Part shown: piece by piece, positions 51,382 through 61,222 of the stretch
Layout of the letters: each line of letters begins with the position of its first letter
How positions within the stretch are numbered: position 1 is the stretch's first letter
Notes under the pieces: model-generated
What the model was told of the DNA's origin: nothing
Databases searched by the model: none
Seen by the model: only the letters and a program-made list of their open reading frames with translations
NCBI GenBank assembly: GCA_016176405.1
Contig: JACOXG010000012.1
Span: 2,217 to 66,216, forward strand
Reading direction: 5' to 3'
Length of the DNA stretch: 64,000 bases
Origin: Candidatus Daviesbacteria bacterium
Lineage (GTDB): Bacteria; Patescibacteriota; Microgenomatia; Daviesbacterales; UBA10151
Program-made: the position numbers and the translations under genes

Positions 51382-51519
51382 TTAGCCGCCAATCTTAAAC
51401 ATTTTGGTGCCGCAAACTGGGCAAGTTCCTTTTGAAGCTTTTTTACCATTTTTCATGGTGACTTCTTCAACGTTTTCAGCATCTCTCTTGGTACGGCATT
51501 TGACACAATACATTTGCAT
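51382..51519 (-). CDS. Small Zn-ribbon protein (DUF5679-like; not in ORF track)
   Basis: MQMYCVKCRTKRDAENVEEVTMKNGKKASKGTCPVCGTKMFKIGG; GGAGGTGA SD. Confidence 0.85.
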   Translation of the reverse strand: MQMYCVKCRTKRDAENVEEVTMKNGKKASKGTCPVCGTKMFKIGG

Positions 51520-51538
51520 TTTATAGATTCACCTCCCT

Positions 51539-51868
51539 TCAGAATATATTTATTTTTAAAAGATTGTTTTGCATGAGAAAAAATAAGATGATTTGAGCTC
51601 CGAAGGCCAATGCGGCCAGCATGGTAATTTTGGTCAGGTCTTGACGAAGATAGGTGATATCGGTTCGGAAAGACTGAGAGTTTGATGTGGGATGTAAGAC
51701 GTGAGACGTGAGATTTTGAGATGAGAAGTTAGATTTTTCACTTCCCATTTCTTTTTCCATCTTCTCATTTCTCACTTCCCATTTCTTTCCTGTTCCGTAA
51801 ACTTGCAGTCTAAGTAGCCTTAAGCGTTTTTCCAGATCCGATTGTTTTTTGGTTTGTTGGATAGCCAT
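51539..51868 (-). CDS. Hypothetical protein with C-terminal TM and internal heptamer-repeat palindrome
   Basis: YLRQDLTK plus TM; middle encoded by GTGAGAA/CTCACGT-like repeats; TTGACA-17-TAGGCT upstream. Confidence 0.7.
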   Translation of the reverse strand: MAIQQTKKQSDLEKRLRLLRLQVYGTGKKWEVRNEKMEKEMGSEKSNFSSQNLTSHVLHPTSNSQSFRTDITYLRQDLTKITMLAALAFGAQIILFFLMQNNLLKINIF

Positions 51869-52019
51869 ACGAGCTCAACAAGCGTAAAACTCTACGCTCA
51901 ATTGAGCCTAACACGCACGAGCACGCTTGTCAAGCACCAATTGAACCTAAAACTATGGGGTGGAAATTAATTGTGGTTGACAAAGTTTGTGCGTATCAAT
52001 TATGATAAAAGAGTAACTT

Positions 52020-52487
52020 ATGTATTCGGATTGGTCCGTCTTGACCTTAGGATTGGCAGCGACGGTTTTTATTTGGCTGGGAATTTTAACAATCATTATT
52101 TGGAAGCAGGGAAATTTTATAAAATCTCTTTTTCCAAAATCTGGGGAGAGGGATATCAGAAAAAAATTTGAAGAGGTTATTGAAACTGTTGATAAGTTTA
52201 ATTTAAGTTTAGATAAGTTACACTCTAAACTTAATCATTTGGAGGGGGCTTCTTTGGGCCACATCCAAAGAATAGGACTTATTCGTTTCAATCCTTATGA
52301 AGATACCGGGGGAAATATTAGCTTTTCAATAGCATTATTAGATCAAAAAGGAAACGGGCTGGTTTTGACTAGTCTACATGGTAGAGCTGGCACTAGAGTT
52401 TTTGCCAAAGGGGTAGTTGAGGGGAAGGCACAAAAATATGAGCTGTCTAAAGAGGAGATAGAGGTGGTTAAGAAAGCAATGGAGTAG
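52020..52487 (+). CDS. DUF4446-like protein
   Basis: N-terminal TM; RFNPYEDTGGNISFSIALLD, LSKEE. Confidence 0.8.
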   Translation: MYSDWSVLTLGLAATVFIWLGILTIIIWKQGNFIKSLFPKSGERDIRKKFEEVIETVDKFNLSLDKLHSKLNHLEGASLGHIQRIGLIRFNPYEDTGGNISFSIALLDQKGNGLVLTSLHGRAGTRVFAKGVVEGKAQKYELSKEEIEVVKKAME

Positions 52488-52503
52488 AGAAGTTTCAAAA
52501 ATT

Positions 52504-53700
52504 ATGACAAATACATTAAATAATATTTCACAAACATATTCAAACTTAACCAATTTACAGAGAATTTTGGTTTTAATTATTGTGGCTGTGGTAACTTACA
52601 GTTTATCCACCTCTGCCTCCTTCTCATTATTTTCCCGCTCAATCGGTGGTCCGACTTCTTTAGGAGAAGATGGTGCCCCAGCTCTACCTGGTCCCTCAAC
52701 TGCTTTTGAAGAAGACCCCAATGAGCCCAGAACTGAAGAGTGTCCTTTGGATGGAGATAAACATACCAAAAAAGCTAAAGAATTTTGGGAAAAAAGACGA
52801 CCGCTGGCTATAATGATTGAAAATCATCAGGAAGCCAGGCCCCAGTCAGGTTTATCCTATGCGGATATTATTTATGAGGCAGTGGCTGAGGGAGGAATTA
52901 CCCGTTTTATGGCCATTTATTATTGTAATATGTCGGATGCTCAGGTGGGGCCGGTTAGATCTGCCAGGACCTATTATTTAGATTGGTTATCTGAATATGA
53001 TGCCCTCTATGCTCATGTTGGTGGAGCCAATACTCCAGGACCTGCAGATGCACTCAGTCAAATTATCAAATATGGCATTAAAGATTTAAATCAATTCTCA
53101 ATCGGTTATCCGGTCTTTTGGAGAGACTATCAAAGATTAGGTCATCCGGTAGCCACAGAACACACCATGTATTCCACCACCCAAAAGCTTTGGGCAATCG
53201 GTGAAAAAAGAGGTTGGACAGCCAAAGATGAGGATGGCATTGCTTGGGATAAGAATTTTATTCCCTGGAAGTTTAAAGACCCAAAGCCAAGCGGTCAAAC
53301 AACCAATATCAAGGTCAGTTTTTGGAGTAATCAACCCAACTATGATGTGGCATGGGCTTATGATTCATCAACTAATTCATATAAAAGAAAAAATGATGGA
53401 GAGGATCAGAAAGATTTAAACAATAATATTCAACTGGCTCCTAAAGTGGTGATTGTACAATTTCAGAGAGAATCAAATGCCAATGATGGATATCCTGGTA
53501 ATGTCCATCTACTTTATGGAACAACTGGTTCTGGCAAAGCTTTAGTCTTCCAAGATGGCCAGGTGGTTGAAGGAAGATGGATCAAATCCTCAAGAGTGGC
53601 CAGGACAAAATTTGTTGACCAAAACAGTAAAGAAATAGAACTGAACAGAGGTCAAATTTGGATCCAGACTGTCCCGGAGGGGTCCAAGGTTGAATATTAA
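52504..53700 (+). CDS. DUF3048-like exported protein
   Basis: RPLAIMIENHQEARPQSGL, EGGITRF, GPVRSAR. Confidence 0.85.
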   Translation: MTNTLNNISQTYSNLTNLQRILVLIIVAVVTYSLSTSASFSLFSRSIGGPTSLGEDGAPALPGPSTAFEEDPNEPRTEECPLDGDKHTKKAKEFWEKRRPLAIMIENHQEARPQSGLSYADIIYEAVAEGGITRFMAIYYCNMSDAQVGPVRSARTYYLDWLSEYDALYAHVGGANTPGPADALSQIIKYGIKDLNQFSIGYPVFWRDYQRLGHPVATEHTMYSTTQKLWAIGEKRGWTAKDEDGIAWDKNFIPWKFKDPKPSGQTTNIKVSFWSNQPNYDVAWAYDSSTNSYKRKNDGEDQKDLNNNIQLAPKVVIVQFQRESNANDGYPGNVHLLYGTTGSGKALVFQDGQVVEGRWIKSSRVARTKFVDQNSKEIELNRGQIWIQTVPEGSKVEY

Positions 53701-53747
53701 ATCTTCTGCCTGAAAGGTGGTGAACAGACAAAGGTCTGTCCAAAAAA

Positions 53748-54335
53748 ATGTTAGAAGAACTTTTTGTATCACGTGTCCGGGTTAAAATACTGCAACTTTT
53801 TTTAACTTCGGAAGATTCACTTTTTCATGTCCGTGAGATAGTCAGGCGAGTTGATGAGGAAATTAATGCTGTCAGACGTGAGCTGGCTCGGATGGAAAAA
53901 TATGACATGGTTTCCTCGGAATGGCGGGCCAACAGAAGACTTTATAGATTTAGAAAGGATTATATTTTTTACCGGGAACTTCTAGGGTTGGTGGCTAAAA
54001 CCTCTGGATTGGGAGGTAATATTATCAAAAATCGCGCTAAGCTTGGTAGAATAAAATTTGCTTTTATATCAACGAGATTTCTAAAAGGAGGGCAAGCAAC
54101 AGCCTCTGATGTTGATTTGCTTTTAGTTGGCAGTTTAATATTGCCAGAACTGCAATCCGTCATTGCAGATGAACAAGCCAAAAGGGAAACAGAAATAAAT
54201 TATTCATATATGGATGAGGCGGAATTTAAATTTAGAGTGAAAAGGCGCGATCCGTTTATTTTAAGAGTTTTAATTCAACCGAAAGTGATGCTTTTGGGAG
54301 ATGAGGATGAGCTGTTGGAGGGAGTAATTGCTTAA
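53748..54335 (+). CDS. Winged-HTH plus nucleotidyltransferase-like protein
   Basis: SRVRVKIL..F, VREIVR, INAVRREL; SDVDLLLVG. Confidence 0.7.
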   Translation: MLEELFVSRVRVKILQLFLTSEDSLFHVREIVRRVDEEINAVRRELARMEKYDMVSSEWRANRRLYRFRKDYIFYRELLGLVAKTSGLGGNIIKNRAKLGRIKFAFISTRFLKGGQATASDVDLLLVGSLILPELQSVIADEQAKRETEINYSYMDEAEFKFRVKRRDPFILRVLIQPKVMLLGDEDELLEGVIA

Positions 54336-55633
54336 TGCGTTCCAGGTATGTTTTATGGATTATTGTCATCCTCACTCTTTTGGCGATACTGATCGACTCT
54401 CCCAAACTCCCTGCCCTAAATTTATTGGGCAAAACATATCAGCTGGAATTTCCTCTTAAATTAGGTTTAGATCTGCAAGGTGGCACTCAACTAATCCTGT
54501 CAACTGAGATGGATCGGATTGATTCTGAAAATAGAGATACGGCCTTGGAATCAGCTAGAGAGGTGATTGAAAGAAGAGTCAATTTATTTGGAGTATCTGA
54601 GGCGCAGGTGATATCTTCCAAAATTGGGGAACAAAGAAGGATTGTGGTGGAACTGCCAGGACTTCAGGATGCATCAGCTGCTGCCGAGCTGGTGGGTAAG
54701 ACCGCCCAACTTGATTTTAGGGAAATGGTGGGAACTCCTTCGGCTGAGGCCACCCAATCAGCCCAGGCTCTTTTTGATACATTTAAACCAACAGGGTTGA
54801 CTGGGGCAGATTTGAATAAAGCCCAAGTCACTTTCGGTGCAGTACAAGGTGGCAGAAGTGGTCCTCAGGTGGCCATAGAATTTACTGCTGAAGGAGCTGA
54901 AAAGTTTGCAGAAATAACTAAAAGAAATGTTGGTAAACCTTTGGCCATGTTTTTGGATGACGTACCAATCAGTTGGCCACCTCCCACAGTAGAACAAGAG
55001 ATCGTTGGAGGCAGTGCAGTGATTACTGGACAATTTAGTGCAGAGGAGGCCAAGAATTTGGCTGTGCAACTTAATGCGGGAGCCTTACCAGTACCTATCA
55101 AAATCTTAGAACAGCGTCATATTGGACCAACTTTAGGTCAGGAGTCTGTCAACAAATCTCTGATAGCAGGAGGTATTGGGTTGCTGGTGGTGGTAATTTT
55201 TATGGTTTCATATTATGGTTTATTGGGACTGACAGCATCTGCAGCTTTAGTTATTTATACACTTTTGGTCTTGGCCATTTTTAAAACCGGTCTTTTTATT
55301 TTGCCACCTATTACCTTAACTTTGGCAGGAATTGCCGGATTTATTTTATCAATTGGTATGGCAGTTGATGCTAATATCTTAATTTTTGAAAGAATGAAAG
55401 AAGAAATCAGATGGGGTAAAGGTAAGATGGTGGCTTTGGAGTTAGGATTTAAAAGAGCCTGGACTTCTATTTGGGCTTCAAATGTTTCATCACTTATTAC
55501 AGCAATCATTTTATATACGCTTGGAACATCAATAGTACGTGGTTTTGCCGTTACTTTGGCAATTGGGGTGTTAGTATCAATGTTTACAGCTTATGTGGTG
55601 ACCAGAACATTTTTGCGATTGATTATTCGTTGA
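54335..55633 (+). CDS. secD: Protein translocase subunit SecD
   Basis: LGLDLQGG, GALPVP, GMAVDANILIFER. Confidence 0.97.
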   Translation: MRSRYVLWIIVILTLLAILIDSPKLPALNLLGKTYQLEFPLKLGLDLQGGTQLILSTEMDRIDSENRDTALESAREVIERRVNLFGVSEAQVISSKIGEQRRIVVELPGLQDASAAAELVGKTAQLDFREMVGTPSAEATQSAQALFDTFKPTGLTGADLNKAQVTFGAVQGGRSGPQVAIEFTAEGAEKFAEITKRNVGKPLAMFLDDVPISWPPPTVEQEIVGGSAVITGQFSAEEAKNLAVQLNAGALPVPIKILEQRHIGPTLGQESVNKSLIAGGIGLLVVVIFMVSYYGLLGLTASAALVIYTLLVLAIFKTGLFILPPITLTLAGIAGFILSIGMAVDANILIFERMKEEIRWGKGKMVALELGFKRAWTSIWASNVSSLITAIILYTLGTSIVRGFAVTLAIGVLVSMFTAYVVTRTFLRLIIR

Positions 55634-55648
55634 AAGAGGAGTTAAAAG

Positions 55649-56548
55649 ATGAAATTTAAATCCAGAAAGCCACATTATGAACATTTAAGAAAAAAATGGA
55701 TTGCCCGCCATAGAGCAATTCAAAATCAGCTTTGGACCAAACATAAGTCATCTTTGGAGTGGTTAGGTAAAAATATTTCGCCTAAACAGCTGGCCTTGGG
55801 ATCTCTGGGAGGGCTCTTACTGCTATCAGCTCCTGCTCAACCAACTTTACCACAACCAACATTGGCACAAAACAGGGATGATATTTTGGCAGGCTTTGAT
55901 CAAAATATTATTTTGGCTGAGCAACTGCAAAAAATACTGCCCAAGGAAGTGAGATCATTAGGTCCAACCGAGGAAAGTGAGATTACCAATATACTCTCTC
56001 AAAATTTTGGTTTTAAGGTGACGGCCCAAATTGAAGGAATTAGGCTGAATAGAAACTATGGCTTAATCGGAGGGGAGCAACATTTATATCGTTATCCGGG
56101 CGATCATTTATATGCCCATGCTGACAATACTGCTGAATGGGCCAAGTATGGTTCTTCTGGGATTGCTCCGGGCTTAGGAGCATGGGGATATTTTGCTCCC
56201 TCAAAAGCAGACTTTAGTGAGAAAGATAAGATTAGAGAAAAATATTATCTGGCCATCCAAACTTTTTTAGCTCCAGGATTTGCTGAAAATGTAGGAAAAT
56301 ACAGAGATTTTTTTAAGTATAGAAAGATGTTGGTGGTTAATCCAAAAACTGGTCAGGCTGTGGTGGCAGTAATTGGTGATGCAGGGCCTGCTTGGTGGAC
56401 AGGTAAACATTTGGGAGGCTCACCCGAGGTCATGGATATACTTGGACTGGCCACTGGTCCCAGAAAGGGAGAGGTATTATATTTTTTTATTGATGATCCA
56501 AATGATCCAATTCCTTTGGGTCCAGTGACCGTACAATCTAAAGCATAA
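55649..56548 (+). CDS. Hypothetical protein with possible C-terminal double-psi beta-barrel
   Basis: V.NPKTGQAVVAVIGDAGP resembles RlpA-type barrels. Confidence 0.55.
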   Translation: MKFKSRKPHYEHLRKKWIARHRAIQNQLWTKHKSSLEWLGKNISPKQLALGSLGGLLLLSAPAQPTLPQPTLAQNRDDILAGFDQNIILAEQLQKILPKEVRSLGPTEESEITNILSQNFGFKVTAQIEGIRLNRNYGLIGGEQHLYRYPGDHLYAHADNTAEWAKYGSSGIAPGLGAWGYFAPSKADFSEKDKIREKYYLAIQTFLAPGFAENVGKYRDFFKYRKMLVVNPKTGQAVVAVIGDAGPAWWTGKHLGGSPEVMDILGLATGPRKGEVLYFFIDDPNDPIPLGPVTVQSKA

Positions 56549-56567
56549 GGACTATGAGGAACAAATT

Positions 56568-56900
56568 ATGAAAAAACAATTTTACACACATTTAGTTGAG
56601 ATAGAATCTATCATAGTTGAATTAGATAAAATGGATTTATCTGAGGAAGAAAAGATGCACCTTGCATCTTTGGTTGATTCCTCTCTGCATCACACAATTT
56701 TGGATGCCATACTTTCTGAACTCTCTGAGGATGATAAAAAAATATTTTTAAGACATGTTCATGAAGATGATCATCAAAAAATTTGGCAGTTTTTAAATGA
56801 AAAAACAAATAATATTGAGGAAAAAATTAAAAAAGCAGCAGATGATTTAAAAATAGAACTTCACAAAGATATTAAAAGAGCAAAACAGGAAAAAGGATAA
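56568..56900 (+). CDS. Hypothetical helical protein
   Basis: 110-aa ORF with SD, in operon with secD/secF. Confidence 0.7.
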   Translation: MKKQFYTHLVEIESIIVELDKMDLSEEEKMHLASLVDSSLHHTILDAILSELSEDDKKIFLRHVHEDDHQKIWQFLNEKTNNIEEKIKKAADDLKIELHKDIKRAKQEKG

Positions 56901-56904
56901 ACAC

Positions 56905-57789
56905 ATGAACTTAATGAAATACAAACTATTTTATTTTGTATTCTCAATGCTATTGATTTTACCAGGGCTATATTTTTTGTTGACTTCAGGACTGAAGCTG
57001 GGAATAGATTTTACAGGAGGGGCATTACTGGAATATAAATTTGAAAAAAGTTTAGATAAAAATGAATTAAGAGAGGTGGTTGAAAAAAATGGGGTGGAGG
57101 TGGGGCAGATAAATGATAGTGGAGATAAGACCTATATTATCCGGACCAAGCCTTTAGATCAAGAAAAAATTAAAGAAATTAAAAAAAGTTTGAATGATAA
57201 TTTTGGAAAACTAGAGGAAAGGAGAGAAGAGTTTGTCGGCCCCGTGATTGGAAGCGAAGTTTCTCAAAAGGCCATTTATGCCTTGGCTTTGGCGTCTTTA
57301 ATGATAGTTTTGTATATAACTTTTTCTTTTAGAAAAGTACCCAAACCTGCCTCATCTTTCAGGTTTGGTATTGCTGCTATTGTAGCATTATTACATGATG
57401 TATTATTGGTAATTGGGGTTTTTGCCATACTGGGAAAATTTTTAGGTGTAGAAGTAGATACTCTTTTTGTGACAGCTCTTTTAACAATTATTGGATTCTC
57501 GGTTCATGATACTATTGTGGTCTTTGATAGAATCAGAGAAAATTTTTTAAAAAATTTGGGAGGAAAATTTGAAACTGTGGCCAATATTTCAGTTACCCAA
57601 ACTTTAGCCAGATCTTTAAATACTTCTTTAACAGTAGTATTTGTGTTGGTGGCTTTACTTTTATTTGGAGGGGAAACTATTAAGTGGTTTGTGGTAGCAC
57701 TTTTGGTAGGAATAATTTCTGGAACTTATTCTTCAATCTTTAATGCTACAGCTCTCCTGGTATGGTGGGAAGAAAAATTAGGACATTAA
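56905..57789 (+). CDS. secF: Protein translocase subunit SecF
   Basis: GIDFTGG, ALLHD, GFSVHDTIVVFDRIREN, GTYSSIF. Confidence 0.97.
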   Translation: MNLMKYKLFYFVFSMLLILPGLYFLLTSGLKLGIDFTGGALLEYKFEKSLDKNELREVVEKNGVEVGQINDSGDKTYIIRTKPLDQEKIKEIKKSLNDNFGKLEERREEFVGPVIGSEVSQKAIYALALASLMIVLYITFSFRKVPKPASSFRFGIAAIVALLHDVLLVIGVFAILGKFLGVEVDTLFVTALLTIIGFSVHDTIVVFDRIRENFLKNLGGKFETVANISVTQTLARSLNTSLTVVFVLVALLLFGGETIKWFVVALLVGIISGTYSSIFNATALLVWWEEKLGH

Positions 57790-59117
57790 ATTTGCTTAAT
57801 TCTCTCCAATAAATATTTCTGATTATTCTTACTAGAATCTTCTAAGACTTCTTCAAAAAGTTTTTGGAGGATTTCACCGATCTTTGGTCCTGATTTGATT
57901 TTGAGTTCTTTCATGACATCGTTGCCATTAACTTTTAAATCAGTGATAGAAAAGGGTTTTTTTAGAACTTCCTTAATTCTTTGCTGAAACTTTTCCATTC
58001 TCCAGGAAGTTTCTGTTTGAGTACCACCACCTAATCTATCACCAATTCTTACTGCCGTCATATCCTCAATGTTCTCTAATCCGACATTTTTTATAAACCT
58101 TCTGATAGCTGAATCTGTTTGGTCTTCTGAAACTGTAAACATATGCCACCTGACTAATTTATATAATTTATCAGTTTGTTTTTTGGATAAATTAAACCTT
58201 TTAGCAATATCTAAAACAATTTTTCCCCCAGCTACATCGTGATTATAAAAAGTGACATTTTTATCTGCTTGGGTAGCTACTGTATCTGGCTTGCCCACAT
58301 CGTGAAGTAGGGCAGCAAACCTGACTAAGGGATCCTCAGATGGCGTATGTTTTAGGGTGAGTAGAGAGTGCTCTCCAATATCATAAATTCGATCATGTTT
58401 AGGGCCTTCTTGTTGTAATCCAAAGCATCTTTCTAACTGAGGTAAAATAATTTGTAGTATCCCCGACTCCCTAAGTTTTATTATACCCATGTATGGATTC
58501 ATAGATTCAAGTATTTTAAAAAGTTCATCTCTGATTCTTTCATTGGCAATTTTTTTAATTAATGAAGCATTTTTTTTAATAGCCTGAAATGTTACCGCAT
58601 CTGTTTTAAATTCCAATTCTGTGGCAAATCTGATAGCCCTAATCAGACGTAGGGCATCTTCTTGAAATCTTTTGGTAGGATCACCCACAGCTTTGATCAG
58701 TTTATGATCTAAATCGTCTTGACCTTGGAATGGATCAACAATCTGACCATCTTCAGACAAGGCCAGGGCATTGATGGTAAAATCACGACGAGCCAAATCA
58801 TCTTCAATTTGATTGGTCCAAGAAACTTTGGTGGGGTGGCGAAAGTCTTTGTAGACCCCTTCCTTTCTCATGGTGGTAATTTCAAAAATGCCATCACCTA
58901 CTGCTAAACCAACAGTGCCAAATTTATTGTCATAAAATCCCTCAGGAATAATTTTTAAAATCTCCTCAGGTTTAGCATCAGTGGTAAAATCCCAATCCTT
59001 GACCTCTTTACCCATTAACAGATCACGCACTGCCCCTCCCACAATATAAATTTGATGTTGGGCTTTTTGAAATTTATCTAAAATAATTTTTACCTCATTG
59101 GGTAATTGATACTTCAT
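57786..59117 (-). CDS. cca: CCA-adding tRNA nucleotidyltransferase (HD domain)
   Basis: VGGAVRD, DWD, RRDFTINA, RFQEDALR, LLHDVGKP. Confidence 0.93.
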   Translation of the reverse strand: MKYQLPNEVKIILDKFQKAQHQIYIVGGAVRDLLMGKEVKDWDFTTDAKPEEILKIIPEGFYDNKFGTVGLAVGDGIFEITTMRKEGVYKDFRHPTKVSWTNQIEDDLARRDFTINALALSEDGQIVDPFQGQDDLDHKLIKAVGDPTKRFQEDALRLIRAIRFATELEFKTDAVTFQAIKKNASLIKKIANERIRDELFKILESMNPYMGIIKLRESGILQIILPQLERCFGLQQEGPKHDRIYDIGEHSLLTLKHTPSEDPLVRFAALLHDVGKPDTVATQADKNVTFYNHDVAGGKIVLDIAKRFNLSKKQTDKLYKLVRWHMFTVSEDQTDSAIRRFIKNVGLENIEDMTAVRIGDRLGGGTQTETSWRMEKFQQRIKEVLKKPFSITDLKVNGNDVMKELKIKSGPKIGEILQKLFEEVLEDSSKNNQKYLLERIKQI

Positions 59118-59160
59118 GGTGACATTGTACACTTAAAGATGTGGTGGTACAATTGCGCCC

Positions 59161-60732
59161 ATGCAATGGAAAATTCTGCCTAAAAGATCTGATGATTTAG
59201 TAGAACAACTTTTATTTAATCGTGGTATTAAGGATAAAGAACAATTTTTTCACCCCAAACTTTTAGATTTTAAAAGAGATTTAGAAATCACCGGAATAGA
59301 AAAAGCTCAAAAGAGAATTCATCAAGCTATTAGAGATAATGAACTAATTATAATTTATGGGGATTATGATGTGGATGGAATTTGTGGGTCTGCCATTTTA
59401 TATAAAGCTCTTACATCATTAGGTGCTAAAGTTTTACCCTATATTCCACACCGACAAAAAGAAGGCTATGGCTTATCAAAAATTGGTTTAGATGCTGTTA
59501 AAAATTCTGGAGCATATTTGGTTATCACTGTTGATAATGGCATTGTGGCCTTAGAGCAAGCAAAATATGCTAAAGAGATTGATTTGGATTTAATTATTAC
59601 TGATCATCATCTGCCTTTGGATAAAAAACCAGATGCTTTGGTAATTGTTCATTCCACCAAAATGTGTGGAGCAGCGGTAGCTTGGTGTCTGATCAGAGAG
59701 ATGGTGAAAAGGGAAATCAAAGAGGAGTTATTGCAGTTTGTGGCACTGGCTACTGTTTGTGATTTAATTCCACTGATTGGTTTGGGTAGAGCATTTGTTT
59801 CAGAAGGTTTAAGAGTTTTAAACAGAACGTCTAATATTGGATTGCTTTGTTTAATTAATGAAGCAGGTTTAATGCTTGGTCATATTGACACTTACGATAT
59901 TGGTTATATTATTGGACCAAGATTAAATGCTATTGGTAGATTAGAACATGCTATTGATGCTTTAAGGTTACTTTGTACAAAGGATGTTGTCAAAGCCAAA
60001 AAATTGGCAAGGTTTTTATCAGAAACAAATACCACTCGTCAGCAAATGACAACTGATGCCATAGAACAAGCAAGGGTAATGGTAGATTCTAAAAAAAAGA
60101 TTCATATTTTAACTTCGCATGATTGGTCACCAGGAATAATTGGTCTGGTGGCTGGCAGAGTTTGTGAGGAATACTCAAGACCTGTAATTGCTATCTCAGT
60201 GGGTGAGGAAATTTCTAAAGGATCTGCCAGATCTGTTGATGGGATAAATATAGTTGAAGTGATTAGAAAATGTTCTGATTTTTTAGTAGATGTAGGAGGT
60301 CATCCAGGGGCAGCAGGATTCTCTATCAAGACTAAAAATATAGATAAGTTTAAAAAAAGATTAGAGGAATTAGTGATAACTTTGCCAGACGAGGTGGAAT
60401 CTGTTTTAGAAATTGAGGCAGCAGTGGATGGAAACAGATTAATTAAAGATTTATTAGAGGATTTAGAAAAATTTGAACCATTTGGGTTTGGAAATCCTAG
60501 GCCAGTTCTGGCCACATATAATATGGAAGTTACAGATATTAGAACTGTAGGAGAGGGTAAGCATTTAAAATTTAAGGCAAATAACATTGATGCCATTGCC
60601 TTTGGTATGGGAGATGTAAAAGATTTACTCCAAAATGGTCAACTAATTAGTCTAGCTTTTACTCCAGAATTAGATATTTACAATGGCTTTGAAAAATTAC
60701 AATTAAAGGTAAAAGATATTAAGTTAATTTAA
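59161..60732 (+). CDS. recJ: ssDNA exonuclease RecJ
   Basis: GDYDVDG, TDHH, PRLNAIGR, GGHPGAAG, EPFG.GNP. Confidence 0.97.
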   Translation: MQWKILPKRSDDLVEQLLFNRGIKDKEQFFHPKLLDFKRDLEITGIEKAQKRIHQAIRDNELIIIYGDYDVDGICGSAILYKALTSLGAKVLPYIPHRQKEGYGLSKIGLDAVKNSGAYLVITVDNGIVALEQAKYAKEIDLDLIITDHHLPLDKKPDALVIVHSTKMCGAAVAWCLIREMVKREIKEELLQFVALATVCDLIPLIGLGRAFVSEGLRVLNRTSNIGLLCLINEAGLMLGHIDTYDIGYIIGPRLNAIGRLEHAIDALRLLCTKDVVKAKKLARFLSETNTTRQQMTTDAIEQARVMVDSKKKIHILTSHDWSPGIIGLVAGRVCEEYSRPVIAISVGEEISKGSARSVDGINIVEVIRKCSDFLVDVGGHPGAAGFSIKTKNIDKFKKRLEELVITLPDEVESVLEIEAAVDGNRLIKDLLEDLEKFEPFGFGNPRPVLATYNMEVTDIRTVGEGKHLKFKANNIDAIAFGMGDVKDLLQNGQLISLAFTPELDIYNGFEKLQLKVKDIKLI

Positions 60733-60781
60733 CTAGATCAAAGGCACCTCACCTTAGGTTCTTCCTTTTGGACATCCTCCG

Positions 60782-61003
60782 TTATTGATTGCCATTATGT
60801 ATTATATCTTTTGTTCCATAAATAGATTGATTAGGTTCCACCTGGATACTCATACCACCATATTCGATTGTTCTACCAATTGGATGATTAGCTTCTTGAC
60901 CCAGATCCATGTCCCATCTGGAACGATTCACAACTTTTTCCATAGTTGCCTGATCACCATTTCGTGCAGCTCTTGCAACAATATCAGCAATTTTTTCGAC
61001 CAC
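60782..61003 (-). CDS. Hypothetical 73-aa protein downstream of Leu-type attenuator
   Basis: Strong SD AGGAGGTGA before GTG. Confidence 0.7.
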   Translation of the reverse strand: MVEKIADIVARAARNGDQATMEKVVNRSRWDMDLGQEANHPIGRTIEYGGMSIQVEPNQSIYGTKDIIHNGNQ

Positions 61004-61034
61004 TTACTTCACCTCCTCTCATAAATTTTCCATT

Positions 61035-61139
61035 AAAAAACCTCCCTTGTGGGAGGCTTATTCCTTTCTTTTCTAGGTTAAATTTTACCTAAAAAGACCT
61101 CCCTAAAAACGCTCCTAAAAGGAGCACCAAAAGGAGGCC
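61035..61139 (-). terminator. Attenuator (1:2, 2:3 and 3:4 hairpins) of Leu-rich leader
   Basis: seg1 GGCCTCC, seg2 GGGAGGT, seg3 GCCTCCC, seg4 GGGAGG plus U6. Confidence 0.75.
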
Positions 61140-61187
61140 TAACAAGCTTTCAATTTTTCTTAAATCTAATGCTTCCAGTTTTGACAT
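61089..61187 (-). CDS. Leu-rich leader peptide (32 aa)
   Basis: MSKLEALDLRKIESLLGLLLVLLLGAFLGRSF; 12 Leu; promoter TTGACA-18-TATACT at 61239-61210. Confidence 0.7.
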   Translation of the reverse strand: MSKLEALDLRKIESLLGLLLVLLLGAFLGRSF

Positions 61188-61222
61188 ATATTATGGGGCA
61201 GCTCCTATTAGTATAAAACTAA

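Noticed and set aside
60785-61024. 79-aa plus-strand ORF
   Set aside because: Antisense to the 73-aa gene, which has a strong SD and an upstream regulatory module
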